DNA from: Halocafeteria seosinensis
Taxonomy: Eukaryota
Assembly: GCA_001687465.1 (NCBI GenBank)
Contig: LVLI01000175.1
Location: 1-64,000 of the forward strand
DNA: 64,000 bases
Reading direction: 5' to 3'
The translations under genes and the position numbers were made by a program. Numbering within the stretch: position 1 is the stretch's first letter; every line of letters begins with the position of its first letter. The notes below the pieces were generated by a model. That model worked only from the letters and a program-made list of their open reading frames with translations. It ran no database searches and was not told where the DNA came from. Positions 12,249-23,782 of the stretch are shown piece after piece.

Positions 12249-15200
12249 TTACGAGATGGTATTTTCGCTGGATATGGCAGCCCGGCCTGTTGTGGTAGTC
12301 GAAGTTGCAGCGGTAGATTCGTCTTCCCAAGGGAAACGTCCCGGAAAGAGGCACAGAGATGGCGAACTTCCTGCCGGAGTTTGTGACTTCAGTACAGTAA
12401 CGGCATCATTTAAGCTGGTCGGATTTATCGGGGGTCGAACAGACAACGGGTCAGTGGCGCTAGTGGACCCACTTTGTTCTGTAGCCGGTGGTGCAGGAGC
12501 TGGAACGACTTTCTTCATGTTGATCTTGGTGATACTTTGCTCCTCTTTCGCCTGTCCAGCGACGGCAATCTTCGACGGGGTCTCAGCCGCCACAGTCTTA
12601 GTAGCGTTGGGCCTATCTTTCGGAATGCTAGTGGGCTGGGATGATGTCGGTACGGAGTTTTTAAGGGACTCGGATTGCGAACGTCCCGGTCTCCCGTTAC
12701 CTGATATCGACTGCTCATCTTCGTGTCCGGGATATTCCTTGTCCGTAGAGGTTCGTACTTTCACTGCCCTTTTAGAACGACGAATTTCTTGAGGTGGCTC
12801 CGGCGCTACGATTGCCTCTTTCGACTTTACACCCCTGTCGGCTTCTGCTTTCTTCGGATCGTTCGGGGACTTAGAGTCTCGCTTCTTTTGCTCGCCAAGT
12901 ACTGATTTAGGCTCTTTCTTCGCGTCGTTTGCTGCTTTGGATTCGCCATTCTTCGAGTCGTTGGCTGCTTTGGATTCGCCTTTCTTCGAGTCGTTTGCTG
13001 CTTTGGATTCGCCCTTCTTTGAGTCATTTGCTGATTTGGGTTCTCCCTTCTTTGAGTCATTTGTTGATTTGGCTTCTCCTTTCTTCGAGTCGTTTACGGA
13101 TCTAGAATCCCTTTTGTTCGAGTCGTTTGTTGATTTAGATTCTCCCTTTTTTGAGTCGCTCACTGACTTAGCATCGTCCTTCTTTGAGTCACTTGCTGCT
13201 TTGGGATCCTTTTTCCTCGGTTCATTGGCTGTCTTAGAATCTCCCTTTCTAGTGGTTGACCGAGGTTCCTTTTTTGGCGCGGAATCACTGGCTTCTTTGG
13301 TTTTATCAGGGGCCTTTCTTTTCCTGGTGGCTCGTTGGGACTGTGTTACCCCCTTGTCGTTCACAGATACTTCGCCACTACTCTCTGAAGCTTTTCCACT
13401 AGACACGGATGACACGCTTCTTATTGCCGAGCCTTCGTCGCCTTCCCCCTTCTCGACTTCTGCCGTTATTTTGGACGCTTTTATGGCTGCAGCACGCCGA
13501 TTTCCACCCTGTTGGCTTCTAGTGCTGTTCTGACCTTCACGATCCTTTTCAACTCCACCAACTCTTGCCGCCAGTCGTGATGCCCGGCCGCGGACAGTTG
13601 TCTGAGATTCAGTGCTCTCACCCTCAAGTATCGAACTCTCCGTTTTTGGAGCATCCTCTGCATTATTTGACGCTTGTACTTGTTTGTATATAGTCGAGTC
13701 AAACAAACTGTCTACGAAGGCTTCACCAGCCCGTTTTTGAGACCATAAAACGGCGGACTCACCTGCTGCAATGGGCTCATATTTATGTCGTCGACTACGA
13801 GAGGCTTTAGGTTTTGGTGGGGGCTTTGCGAGCGGAACCTCGTTTCCTTCCTCGGTTACTACTTTCTCAGTAACTTTTTTTGGGGTCTCTTCTTTATCTC
13901 GAGTACGTTTGGCAGCCCGTTTTCTACGGGAGTCCGAAGCCGGTGCTTCCTGTTCATCCGCGGGGACCTCCTCCTTCAGAGTATAGCGTCCCGTGCTCAA
14001 TTGCTGTTGCTGCTTATTGTAGGCGGCCCATTGGGATTTTCGTTTCTCATGAGCATTGGTAGTAACAGAGTAATTGCGACGGGTTGCCAGCTTTGCAGGG
14101 TCTGTGCCTTTTCTCCTTTCAGCACCCTTTCCTTGCTTCTTGTTAGCAGAGGGATCTGCCAGGTTTTCTTTGGCCTGCTTGGCATGCTTTTCTACCAACA
14201 ACCGTTGCTTCCGTTGCTGTGGATTTTCAAGCTCTGCTTTTATAACGGAAATATCCCTGTTGAATTTTCGTGCCCATTCTTTGATAAGGCTGTCAGGAAG
14301 GTCATCGTGCCCTAAGTCATCCGGAATTTGCTCCCTGTGTACTTAAGGGCATTGCAAATATCGTTTACAGGAAGAGCACTGTATGGGTTACATACCTCTC
14401 TTTTTGTGTCAAGGGTTTTAGTCTGTCATTTTTCTTTTGTTTCTTCTCCGATCCCGCAAATTTTTGTCGTATAAACTCCTCGTACTCTGGAGAACCAAAA
14501 GAAAGAGTAAACCAGACGCGCTGGAGAAGCATAAGGGGCAACACAGCATACCTGGATCGCGCACTCGAATGCGATAAACAAGGGGATCGACATTCTCAGG
14601 AAACCGCTTCGAGCCAGAAATGCCAAACTCCAATACGTAACGACCAGGCTTACAAAAGTATGGCACACCAAAATAGTGAATGCCTGTTTTGTTATAGGGT
14701 TTCTTAGATACAAACTCAGACAGTAAAGTAGAATCCAGGAGTTCGCCAGTATCTGAGTCCTCTGGGCGAGTTGGAGATTCCTCATCGAATTCTTCATAGA
14801 TATAACAATAGGCCTTCTCCGACCGCAAGAAGCCGGAGTCTCTAAACGAGGATTTATCCACGGAGTTGGAGGCTACAGACTGTACTGTTGTACTCTCTTG
14901 AACAGAAGTTGCCGCCGAATTGGGAGCTTCAACATCTTCAGTGGTCGTTGTTGTTGTGGGCGCAACCGTCGGTTGCGCGACACTTCCCGTGCTTCCAGCT
15001 GTTGCCTCCGCTTCAGAAGAGGTGGTAGCTGCAGACGTGGTTTCTGCGATCTCAGTTGTGCTAGCCGTAGTACTCTTCATGTCATCACCTACGTTAGAAA
15101 CATCTACATTCTTTGCTGCGTCTAAGCTAGCTTCACAGCTTGTTAACGAAGAAGTTACCGTAGATGCCCCAACAACTGTGGAAGCACAGTCCGTTAGGGA

Positions 15201-15740
15201 CCCTGATGATTCCGTACTGGCAGTGACCGGAGCCATTGGGTCATCACCTGCCTTCGTTGTTGTGGTTGACGCTGCTACTGTATCACTGCCCTCAGCGATG
15301 GGTTCTGAAGTACTTGCCCGTGATGTTGCCGGCTTTGACCCATTCTTACCACCCTTAGTCGAAGTGGTGGTGGTCTTTGACGAAGCCGTGGGTGTCGATG
15401 ATGATGACAATGCGCCGTCCCTAGTCTCAACGGTTAATTTGTACCATTTTATGCCATCAAACTTGAAAGCCATACCTGAGATTTGCCTGGCAGCCTTTAT
15501 CCATACTTCTTTCGAAGTGTCAGGAGGCCCCACGACCTGGGTTTTCTTCGAATCTTCTTTGTGAGGCAGCTGAATCGCTAATCGAGCTTCCGTGCCGTCA
15601 AGCAACTTGAATGGTTTACCCTTTGACGCTTCTTGCGACGTTGTACATTCTACAGGAGGCTTGGATTCCTCCTCTTCCTCCGTCGCTTTGGGCGATTTCG
15701 CAGGAGATTTCGACTTCGTTTTCTGTTTCTTGGGAGGCAT
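12249..15740 (-). CDS. Large Lys/Ser/Thr-rich, mostly low-complexity hypothetical protein (about 1,100 aa, 3 exons), probably nuclear
   Basis: ORF 14418-15740 (starts MPPKKQKTK) splices through a small exon (EYEEFIRQKF...QKER) into the frame of ORF 12249-14201. Confidence 0.75.
12924..13187 (-). repeat. Coding minisatellite, 8 x 33 bp (11-aa unit, consensus SKKGESKxxND)
   Basis: Units read directly: SKKDDAKSVSD, SKKGESKSTND, SNKRDSRSVND, SKKGEAKSTND, SKKGEPKSAND, SKKGESKAAND x2, SKNGESKAAND. Confidence 0.95.
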
Positions 15741-16228
15741 ATTTGCTCAATACTTACCCACTCACACCGTCAACATAGAATAAAAACGAACAAGAGGACC
15801 GACTGGCCCATATACAAACAAGACTGTAGTGGGAGCAAGATGAATGAACAAGGATACGGTCGCTCGAAAAGTGCAAGGAAACATTGTCCTCTTCGGAGGG
15901 AAGAATGCTTCAAGAATCGACCAATACCCGTAGAGGGTAAGGAGACGGCGCTGCTTCGGTATGGTGCGAGCATACGTAATTTTGTACATGTTTGTTTTAC
16001 TTCTTAATCCTTGTGTTAGGCAAGGTCAAACTACCCACATCTGGTGTGGACTTTGCACTTTTTCCTCACAGTACGAGCGGACTGCAGAAACATTCCATGG
16101 TAGTTGAACGGCAAGCAACAAACGATGGAGCGTACAGTACAATTATGGTGCACGTTTAGCGCTATCTGTGCAATTAAAGTGCAAAAAAAAATGGTTAACT
16201 TGCTTCCGCGTATATCCCCGTGGTTGCG

Positions 16229-17618
16229 CTATTGTTGCAATGCTTTGGGGAGCTCTTGCAGGCGATATTTTTCTTCCTCACGAAGCTTTTCATCGGCTTC
16301 TTTAAACGGGTCATAGGTCGAGTCGCCCATATGTCTATATAATTCCAGCAATGATCTCTTCATCCTCTCTACGCTATCATGAGCAACAGAAACAGTATCC
16401 CCCGCGAGTTGCAGAACAGCAGCATGCTGCGTCCGTATGGTCTGCTTGATAACCTCGTACGGATCCTTCTGACGCGGACGGCGCCTGTTACCGAACTCTC
16501 TTTGCTCCAGTGACTGCAACGGACGATGTCGGCTTTCCGAATTAGCTACCGCTAACTGTAAACTGTTATTATTCGATCCCCGTTGTGACCGGGATCCGGA
16601 AAGCGAGCTCGTGTAGGAATTATACGGGACGGACGAATTTAGGAGCGACTTCGACCAAATATCAGATGCAAAATTGCCTACGTTAGACAGCCCAGATGAA
16701 TCGTAGCCCCCGTAAACTTGCTCGCTTTCCTCCAGTTCGGAAAGGAAGACATGCTCGAGATCTTCGAGCTGTTGTTCTAAAGCATGAAGCCATTCTTCTG
16801 AGCGGCGTACATATTCTGTGAAATAATTCGAGGGCAAGTCTAAAGGTTGAGGAGTACCCTGTGCTGCACAGTCCAATTTGTAGCGTGTCTGGAAGAATAA
16901 TGGCGGTTATCACAGCAAGTTAAAATGGAAAAATACAAGCTGACGCGTCAACTTACTCTCTCGACACACCGATAGTCTGACTTTACTCTTTGCTTAAGGT
17001 CTTCCAGCTTATGTTCGAAATTGTGCACTTCATTCTCTAGTTTTAGGTTCATATATCTCAATGATTTGTTCAATTGCCCACAGTCACCAATAAGGGTGGA
17101 CATATCCCGGGGTTCTGTGTTACCTTGCACGACTTCTGCAGCTTGTGACCGCTCCGTGACCTTGCTGCTCATCTTAGCCTCCTCTTGAATTGCCTTGCTG
17201 CACGTCAGTCAATAGAGTATTATAGATGCAAATAAAGTCATACGAGGTATGACAGTTTAGACATACTGCAAGGCCAAAACCTTGTCTTTGACGTCCTGCG
17301 GTAAGTCCTTGACTTTGGTTTCCTTGGTAATCCTGCGGTCGAAAACAAGCCAATTCCATATTGTAGCGGGCCCAAGTAGCAACAATAAGCAGCTTCTAGT
17401 GGGTCTAATTTTCTCTGAACTGTGCCCTCGCTCACAGACTCTCTACAATTCCACTAGGACGAACTGCGAAAACAAGACTGGACTTACTGCTGTTGTTGTT
17501 GTGGCTGCAGTGATTGCATCTGAGTTCCCGACTGCAGTATGCCTTGAGGCTGTCCAGTACTAAGGGCATTCTGATTGTTCGTTGCAGCGAAAAGACTGCC
17601 TTGTCCAAATAGACTCAT
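16229..17618 (-). CDS. NUP58: Nucleoporin Nup58/Nup49-like central-channel protein, multi-exon
   Basis: N-terminus MSLFGQGSLFAA..QQQQ. The segments PSNYFTEYVRRSEEWLHALEQQLEDLEH and HAAVLQLAG..VAHDSVERMKRSLL...DPFKEADEK resemble the conserved Nup58 coiled-coil and DPFxEAD segments. Confidence 0.7.
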
Positions 17619-17829
17619 TGTATCGGAGGACCAGCTCAACAAAGGCCAGACTGCTGTCTTTCTTGTTTATCTATCTATACATCCTGATACGTAGATAATC
17701 AACACATTTACCAACCAATCCGATGGTATAACCTTTCACTAAATAACTACAACCACAAGGAGTCTCCAGAATTTCACAGACAAGTCTGAGACAACCCTCA
17801 AAACTGTGGCGTATTCCACCAGCAGCTGA

Positions 17830-19070
17830 TTACATTGTTGTTGTTAGATGCACAAAACAAAGAGTAAACAGGGTGTCGCTTTAGTTGTACACTCTGCGGC
17901 TCAGTTGTACAAGGAGTCCCTGGTATCGGCAAGTCCCAAATGTTATTTGGCGAGCCAATGGCGACTTCTTGTCGAAAGAGAGAGAGAGGACAACGTTGAA
18001 CCTGCTTTCACGGAAGAATACCCTATTTTGTATCGACACGTCCGATGGAAGAGTGTACTTAGCATCCACGAGTGATGTAGAGACAAGAGACCGGGTACTT
18101 CTTGGCGAGCCTGCACGATGGAGGCGTAGTTGTTACACCGGGCCATATTGGACGAAGAGCCTTGTGTGAAACGATGTGTGACCGAACGAACCGAATTACT
18201 GTTGAACCCAAAGAATCCAGTAGAGAGGAAATTATACCATGAGCATCTAAATGGTATCGTTATGACCATCCATTGTGTGTAATAATTTTCTTGTAGATCA
18301 CAATGGGTTGGGAGAAATGCGCTGAACCACTTCTTTGCCACCATCTTGTCTTGGCGAGATCTACCAGCAAGATTTATCACACTCCTACCGTAGTCTGTCA
18401 GCCTGTCTCTACGGGTCCGTGCGTTTGTTTTGCACGCTACCTGGACAGGGTGAATTCAGATTATACAACGGTCACTAGAATTCCATCATGGCTTCTGAGG
18501 ACTTGGTGACCAGTCTGACTTCTAGCTCAAAGAGGATGGATGAAGTGTTGCAGTGCGTGAGGCCCACGATGGTGGAGACAAACAATTGTTATTGTTGCTC
18601 ATGATGGTATATTGGTATTCTGATGAACGATATTGAGATGACGATAGCACCTTGGATGAACTTGAAGCGGAAACCAAGGGCTACTTGTTCTACAACTTTG
18701 GGATCACAAAGGAACAGTTTTCTGTCTGGGATGCTACAAGCTTGTGTTATTGCTTCGCGAGTGGCTCAAATAGTAAATGATATCAGGAAGCATAGACTCA
18801 AAGGACGAATGAAGCGACAGTATTTTTCGTCATTCCAGCAGGTAGGGATAACAAAAGCAATTTGTTGCTTTTGCAGGCACAACTAGAAATGAACTAGCCA
18901 AAGAATTTGGTCATCTCCCCGATGCGGTCAGCCTAGCACCGAAAGTAATGGTGCAACCGGAGGTTTTGCAATACTCTTCAGTCGTTTCGAGGTTCCAATA
19001 TAGGGTTGGTCTACAATCAGTCAAGGAAGATGGTGTTCCTATGTCGAGTTGGGACAGTACCAGAGACTAA
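17830..19070 (+). CDS. Possible PH-domain-containing protein; exon structure unresolved
   Basis: KNTLFCIDTSDGRVYLASTSDVETRDR resembles the end of a PH domain. Several GT/AG-bounded open segments end at TAA near 19070. Confidence 0.3.
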
Positions 19071-19283
19071 GGACGCTCACTATTGTAATAAATGGTTCAA
19101 ATAGCCACCAACGGAACCTATTTTCCCCATGCGTTCCGATGTGAACGACAGTCAACCGCAACGAATGTGCTCTTCATACTCCCTACTATGCAGTTAGACC
19201 CCCTCCAACACACACACACACAAATATGATACAGTAGGTCCTCAAGCCTTTTACAGCCGCTTGGCCTCTTCAACCAATGGGTA

Positions 19284-20190
19284 TTAGGAAGCGTCAATCA
19301 TCCCCCTGGAATTCAAGCGCCTGAGGGTGTATTCCCGCACTGCACTTTGCATAAGATCATAAATCTGTTTACATCCTTCTACCGCGAGCTCCATGACCGT
19401 ATCGCAAATATGAACAGGGATTCTATAATTCAGTTGAAGCATAGAAATTTTCCCGGTAGTAGGAAGGTACGCTACAGGTATCTCCGGTCCATCCCCGCTG
19501 CTCTCTATGTAGTTCAAGTCTAAGATAGCCGTCTTCTCCAAGTACCCGGCAGAACATCCAACGACAAACTCTGACATAGCTATGCCAGCATCCAAGAGAG
19601 CTAGCGTCACAGCATTAATGGCAGTAGGTAACGCGCTTCCGTCAGCTTGAAGTATCTGGACCTGGATGTTAATCTCGGATTTAGGATATCGCCCCAGTTG
19701 AACAACTGATTCGAACACTTTTTGTATAGCCAATGCAGATTCGGCTAGCTTTCTATCTCCAGGAGTGCGTTGCTTGCGTTCCGTCGTTGCAAAGGGCGCA
19801 ATGCTGCGTGTTCCGGTACGAGTAATCAGTATATGCCAACCGAACACCCTTGGAGGGACTCCCACTTTGAGGTTACTACTCACCTATAGTCACAGCTTAC
19901 TATCGCTTTATCATATTGCGCTTTGGACCGATGTGCTACCTGTGGTACCAAGACAATGTACACGTGCCGTACATCCATGCAAAATGGAGCCTGAATATGA
20001 AGAGCCTATGTCGTACTTCTCGCGGACCTAGTACCACCGCCACCACTTTGGTGTTGCCTTGTTCCATATATCCCGATCCATCTACATTAGGGAGCATTCC
20101 CAATTTACAACTAATCCGACGAGCTTCCTCTGGGCGCCTACCGTCGACCCTAAGACCGGCCAATGAGATATACTCGATCCTCGACTGCAT
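19284..20190 (-). CDS. RRP41: Exosome complex component RRP41 (RNase PH fold), multi-exon
   Basis: EYISLAGLRVDGRRPEEAR, DGSGYMEQGNTKVVAVVLGPRE, APFATTERK, YPKSEINIQVQILQADGS, INAVTLALLDAGIAM, DLNYIE. Confidence 0.96.
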
Positions 20191-20409
20191 CCATCCAGCA
20201 ACCATAGGTTGAACCCCTGCATCCAGCTTATGATCCAATACACTTACCATTGTATTGACTTTTCTCCGGTGAGTTGTTATGTTAGTGTTATACAAGTCAA
20301 TCAATCAAAAGTACATTTCTGCCAGTTATTTCTTTGGAGGCACTCTGTGTCTGTGCCTGTGTATGTAAACTCTGACACCCGTACAGCACCCGGTGCTGTT
20401 TCGTGTATA

Positions 20410-21856
20410 ATGGCCGATGCCATGAGCAATACTGGTTCTACGACGGCTGCACAACAGACGTCTCGTCATTCTTCCTCCAGGGAATCGGGACAGAATGAGC
20501 TGTATATCGCGGACAAGGGCGTGAAATGTGCCTTTCCAAGTGGCACCTGTGAAGCAGATCAGGAATATGTATTACAATGGTATGCAAGACTGAAATGAGT
20601 AAATGCATGCCTTTATAACAAAGACGAGCAAATTTGTCGATGTTGCTGAAATGAATCCATGCAGTGTATGTAGTGATGAAGGGAATCGAATTGCCGTGGC
20701 GTTATCCACGAAATCTGTCAAGGTGTACGATGCTACCACTTTGGAAATTAATAGCCATGTAAGCTCCTTCGCGTCTTGGAAGCGACCAAGGGGAGTGGTT
20801 GTACTATGTGTGTTGCGATTGCAGCTGAAGGGGCACAAATCCACTATTAACGATATGGTTTTCCTCCCAAACAATGAAGACGTCCTCTTCACAGCTAGCT
20901 CAGATGGCTCCGTACGGGTATGGAACGTGGGGAAGGCGGAGTGTAATACTATCATTCAGATACCACGAAAATATTCGTTGACGAACGAAGAAGCAGATGA
21001 ACTGGATTCGTTGCCTCTCAAGAAGAAAGAACAGCGTATGGCAGCCCAGACGGCAGAAGCAACATGTCTCTCAGTGAACAAGGGAGGAGAGCTTCTTGCT
21101 GTGGGAGCCGGTAGTAGCATTTTGTTTTACGACATTCGCTTAATTGGTGAAGAGGTTATGTTGCCATTGGGGGCATATATTGAGTCTCATCAAACTCGCG
21201 TATCGCAACTTCGATTCCATCCTACGCTGCCGCAGTATTTAGTGTCTGGATCGGAGGACAATCTTATTAATGTTTTTGATGTTTCTCAACCAAGTGAAGA
21301 AGATGCATTAAACGGCGTCATTAATACTGGATCAGCAGTGCGTCGTTTTGGGTTTTTTGGTCCCCACGATGCTTTTATCTGGGTACAAACAAATTGCAAT
21401 TCGCTCAGTTTGTGGAATGTAGGATCGACACTTTGCATCGCTAATTACCGGTGGCTTCCACTGTCTTTGAGGGATAAAGGGTATAATGTTGATCATTTGG
21501 TGACATGCAGTTACATGGAGAATTCTCAGGCGCTAATACTAATTTGTGGGACGGACGAAGGAGAGATATACACGTTCAAAGTATTGCCCGCGGATATTGA
21601 ATTTCTGGGCCTTATGAGGAAGTCTCTCCATACCTCTGGCATTCGCTGCGGCTGTTGGGCGAAGCCAAATGGTTTCACCGAGGTGAACGGTTTTGAGATT
21701 CCGAATGGACCTCTATATACAGGCGCAGAGGATGGAACTTTGGTTCGTTGGGTACCAGGAGACGGCATCCACCCTTCTTCCCCCATGCTCAGAAAGGGTA
21801 AAGTACTAAACGGTGCCTTGCGAAGCAAAGAGAAACCTGAAACTAGGCCTTATTGA
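20410..21856 (+). CDS. WDR89: WD40-repeat protein WDR89 homolog, multi-exon
   Basis: GH..TINDMVF, LFTASSDGSVRVWN, LGAYIESHQTRVSQLRFHP..LVSGSEDNLINVFDV..EEDAL..VINTGSAV, LYTGAEDG. Confidence 0.85.
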
Positions 21857-21987
21857 TAGTCTCAAGCACGATAAATGGCCATAATACCCTATTAGCACTT
21901 GCGGGGTCGTGCTTGACTCACGTGACTTGTTTGCTCATACGTTGTCCTGTTCCTCGTGGGGAAGCCCTCCGACTTCCGAGTAGTGGC

Positions 21988-23286
21988 AATGTGTCTGACA
22001 AATCGCTCGGATCGGCAAGACTATTTTTACGGCCAGAATTTATATTATATCGTTACCCGGCCTCATGTAATAGCCCATACTGTTTCTGATTTGCAGTTGC
22101 ACAGGGTCTCAGGTATTTCGATTCGTCCATGCAACTATTGGATTCCAGTGCTGTCGAGATAGCGCCACAAATAATACAAACTGTGCGTTTTTCGGTGACA
22201 TGGATGTTGTTGACGAACTAGATAACACATGCGCCCTGTCTTCGGCATCTATTTGTTGCTCTTGCTGGCCAGAGACTACCAGTTGGCACTCAACAGGGCG
22301 CAAAAAGTATGTACTTGAGTGCTAGTGTGAGTAATGTACGAATTCTCATTTAAAGCCTACTTGAATCCGCTTTGGATTCTATCAAACACGGAAATTCAAT
22401 TTTAACTGACCACATTTTAGAATTCTCCTCACGGTGCAGCAGTATATTACAACCGTTTGTAACACTCTCGTCCGGAGCGCAAACACATGGGGATCGCAAA
22501 AATCGATTCCTTGGATTTGACGTGCTTTGGAAACGATGCATGTTATGCGTTGCTTCCCATTTCCCTAGTAACTCTTCAGATATTGACATTCTTGGGCAAT
22601 GTCGAGACAGAACGTGTTGTACTGTATGTTGAAGCAGCCGGCGACTCGTCACAGTCGGAAGAAGGCTCGGAAACCATTTGAAAGAAATGGCGGGATTTTC
22701 AAACGGTTTGTCAGAAACATAAACAACATCCTAATTGCTTTGTGCGTCTAACGATTCATATACAACGGAAAGACGAGAAACAAGAAACCTTGTTAGCCGC
22801 TCGCTCTCAAACAAGGATGGCTCAATTCTAGCAAGACAATCGCCTATGCACACGTGTTGACACAGGTGAGCAACACCTTATCCATGAGCGTAGAGGGGCC
22901 TGTTACATGCAATGCGCCACTTATGGTTGTTGATAGCCTTCACACTTTGAGTCATGGACTATCCCAGATGGTCCAGCTGCAGAGCACATGGCCTTGCACA
23001 CTGCACTACAGCACCTAGCCGTAGGTTGTCGTCTGGGCGGTGTTCTCCGCTAGTTCTTGGTAGATTTAGATTTGCAAGTTGTATCGTAGCTGATTTGTGC
23101 ATCGAAGGATACTCATGCTATTGGAAGAGCCCGAAGGGAGAAACTTCAACACTTGACGACTCACACTTCGAAGAAGAAAATGGCTCAAGTTCCGCAAAAC
23201 AATCGCGTATGTATACCGGTAGTCAGCATGATTCTTCAATGTCTTCTCTCCTTCGTATTACATACGCATATAGCCTAAAAGTTTGA
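21988..23286 (+). CDS. Possible multi-exon hypothetical gene
   Basis: Successive open segments flanked by GT/AG (e.g. LLESALDSIKHGNSILTDHILEFSSRC). The model was not resolved. Confidence 0.25.
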
Positions 23287-23426
23287 GAAACGAGTATAGC
23301 ATAATTATTCCCGGTTCATGTCCTAATGCTTATCTATTGAACTACGGTACGCTCATACTAGGCGATATGTTGCATTTTGGAAGGCTTTAAAATGCTGCTT
23401 CAACTTTTGGGCACATATGTGTTCGA

Positions 23427-23639
23427 ATGCAGTTTAGCGAATACAAAATGATCGAGATTAAGGAAGGAGGATGTGCGGCAGTATTTTGCGGAGCGTCATC
23501 GCTCCCTTTGGAGCAGGCTCAGCAGCGGGTTAACGAGGAAGCGAAAGCCGGCTGGCAAGTTGTGTTCCAGATCATTGAAATGCAGCGAGTTTGCCTATGT
23601 TACCCGCGCGAAGTCCTCATTATAACGCTTGGTCGCTAA
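23427..23639 (+). CDS. DUF4177-like small protein (70 aa)
   Basis: EYKMIEIKEGGCAAVFCGASSLPL....RVNEEAKAGWQVVFQIIE..R......RE.LIITLGR matches the EYK...LN..A..GW.VV pattern I recall for bacterial DUF4177 proteins. Confidence 0.7.
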   Translation: MQFSEYKMIEIKEGGCAAVFCGASSLPLEQAQQRVNEEAKAGWQVVFQIIEMQRVCLCYPREVLIITLGR

Positions 23640-23782
23640 TGTTCATGGCATGCCGTGTCGCGTGATTGGATACTGCTCGGTAGCACTTAGCGAAAATCTC
23701 TTACCAGAGGTACAAGGACCTGGAATACACAGAAAGCAGTTTATTTATGTGCATCGTGGTGTTACACACTGGAAGAGCTTCC

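Noticed and set aside
12924..13187. Regularly spaced repeats suggesting a CRISPR array
   Set aside because: The units are contiguous and in frame with no unique spacers, and the context is eukaryotic.
12256..15564. Long plus-strand ORFs (12256-12792, 12937-13533, 14920-15564)
   Set aside because: They are antisense shadows of the low-complexity minus-strand gene.
19207..19222. Short (CA)n tract, with similar GT/CA runs at about 10541 and 39115
   Set aside because: Ordinary microsatellites with no further structure.
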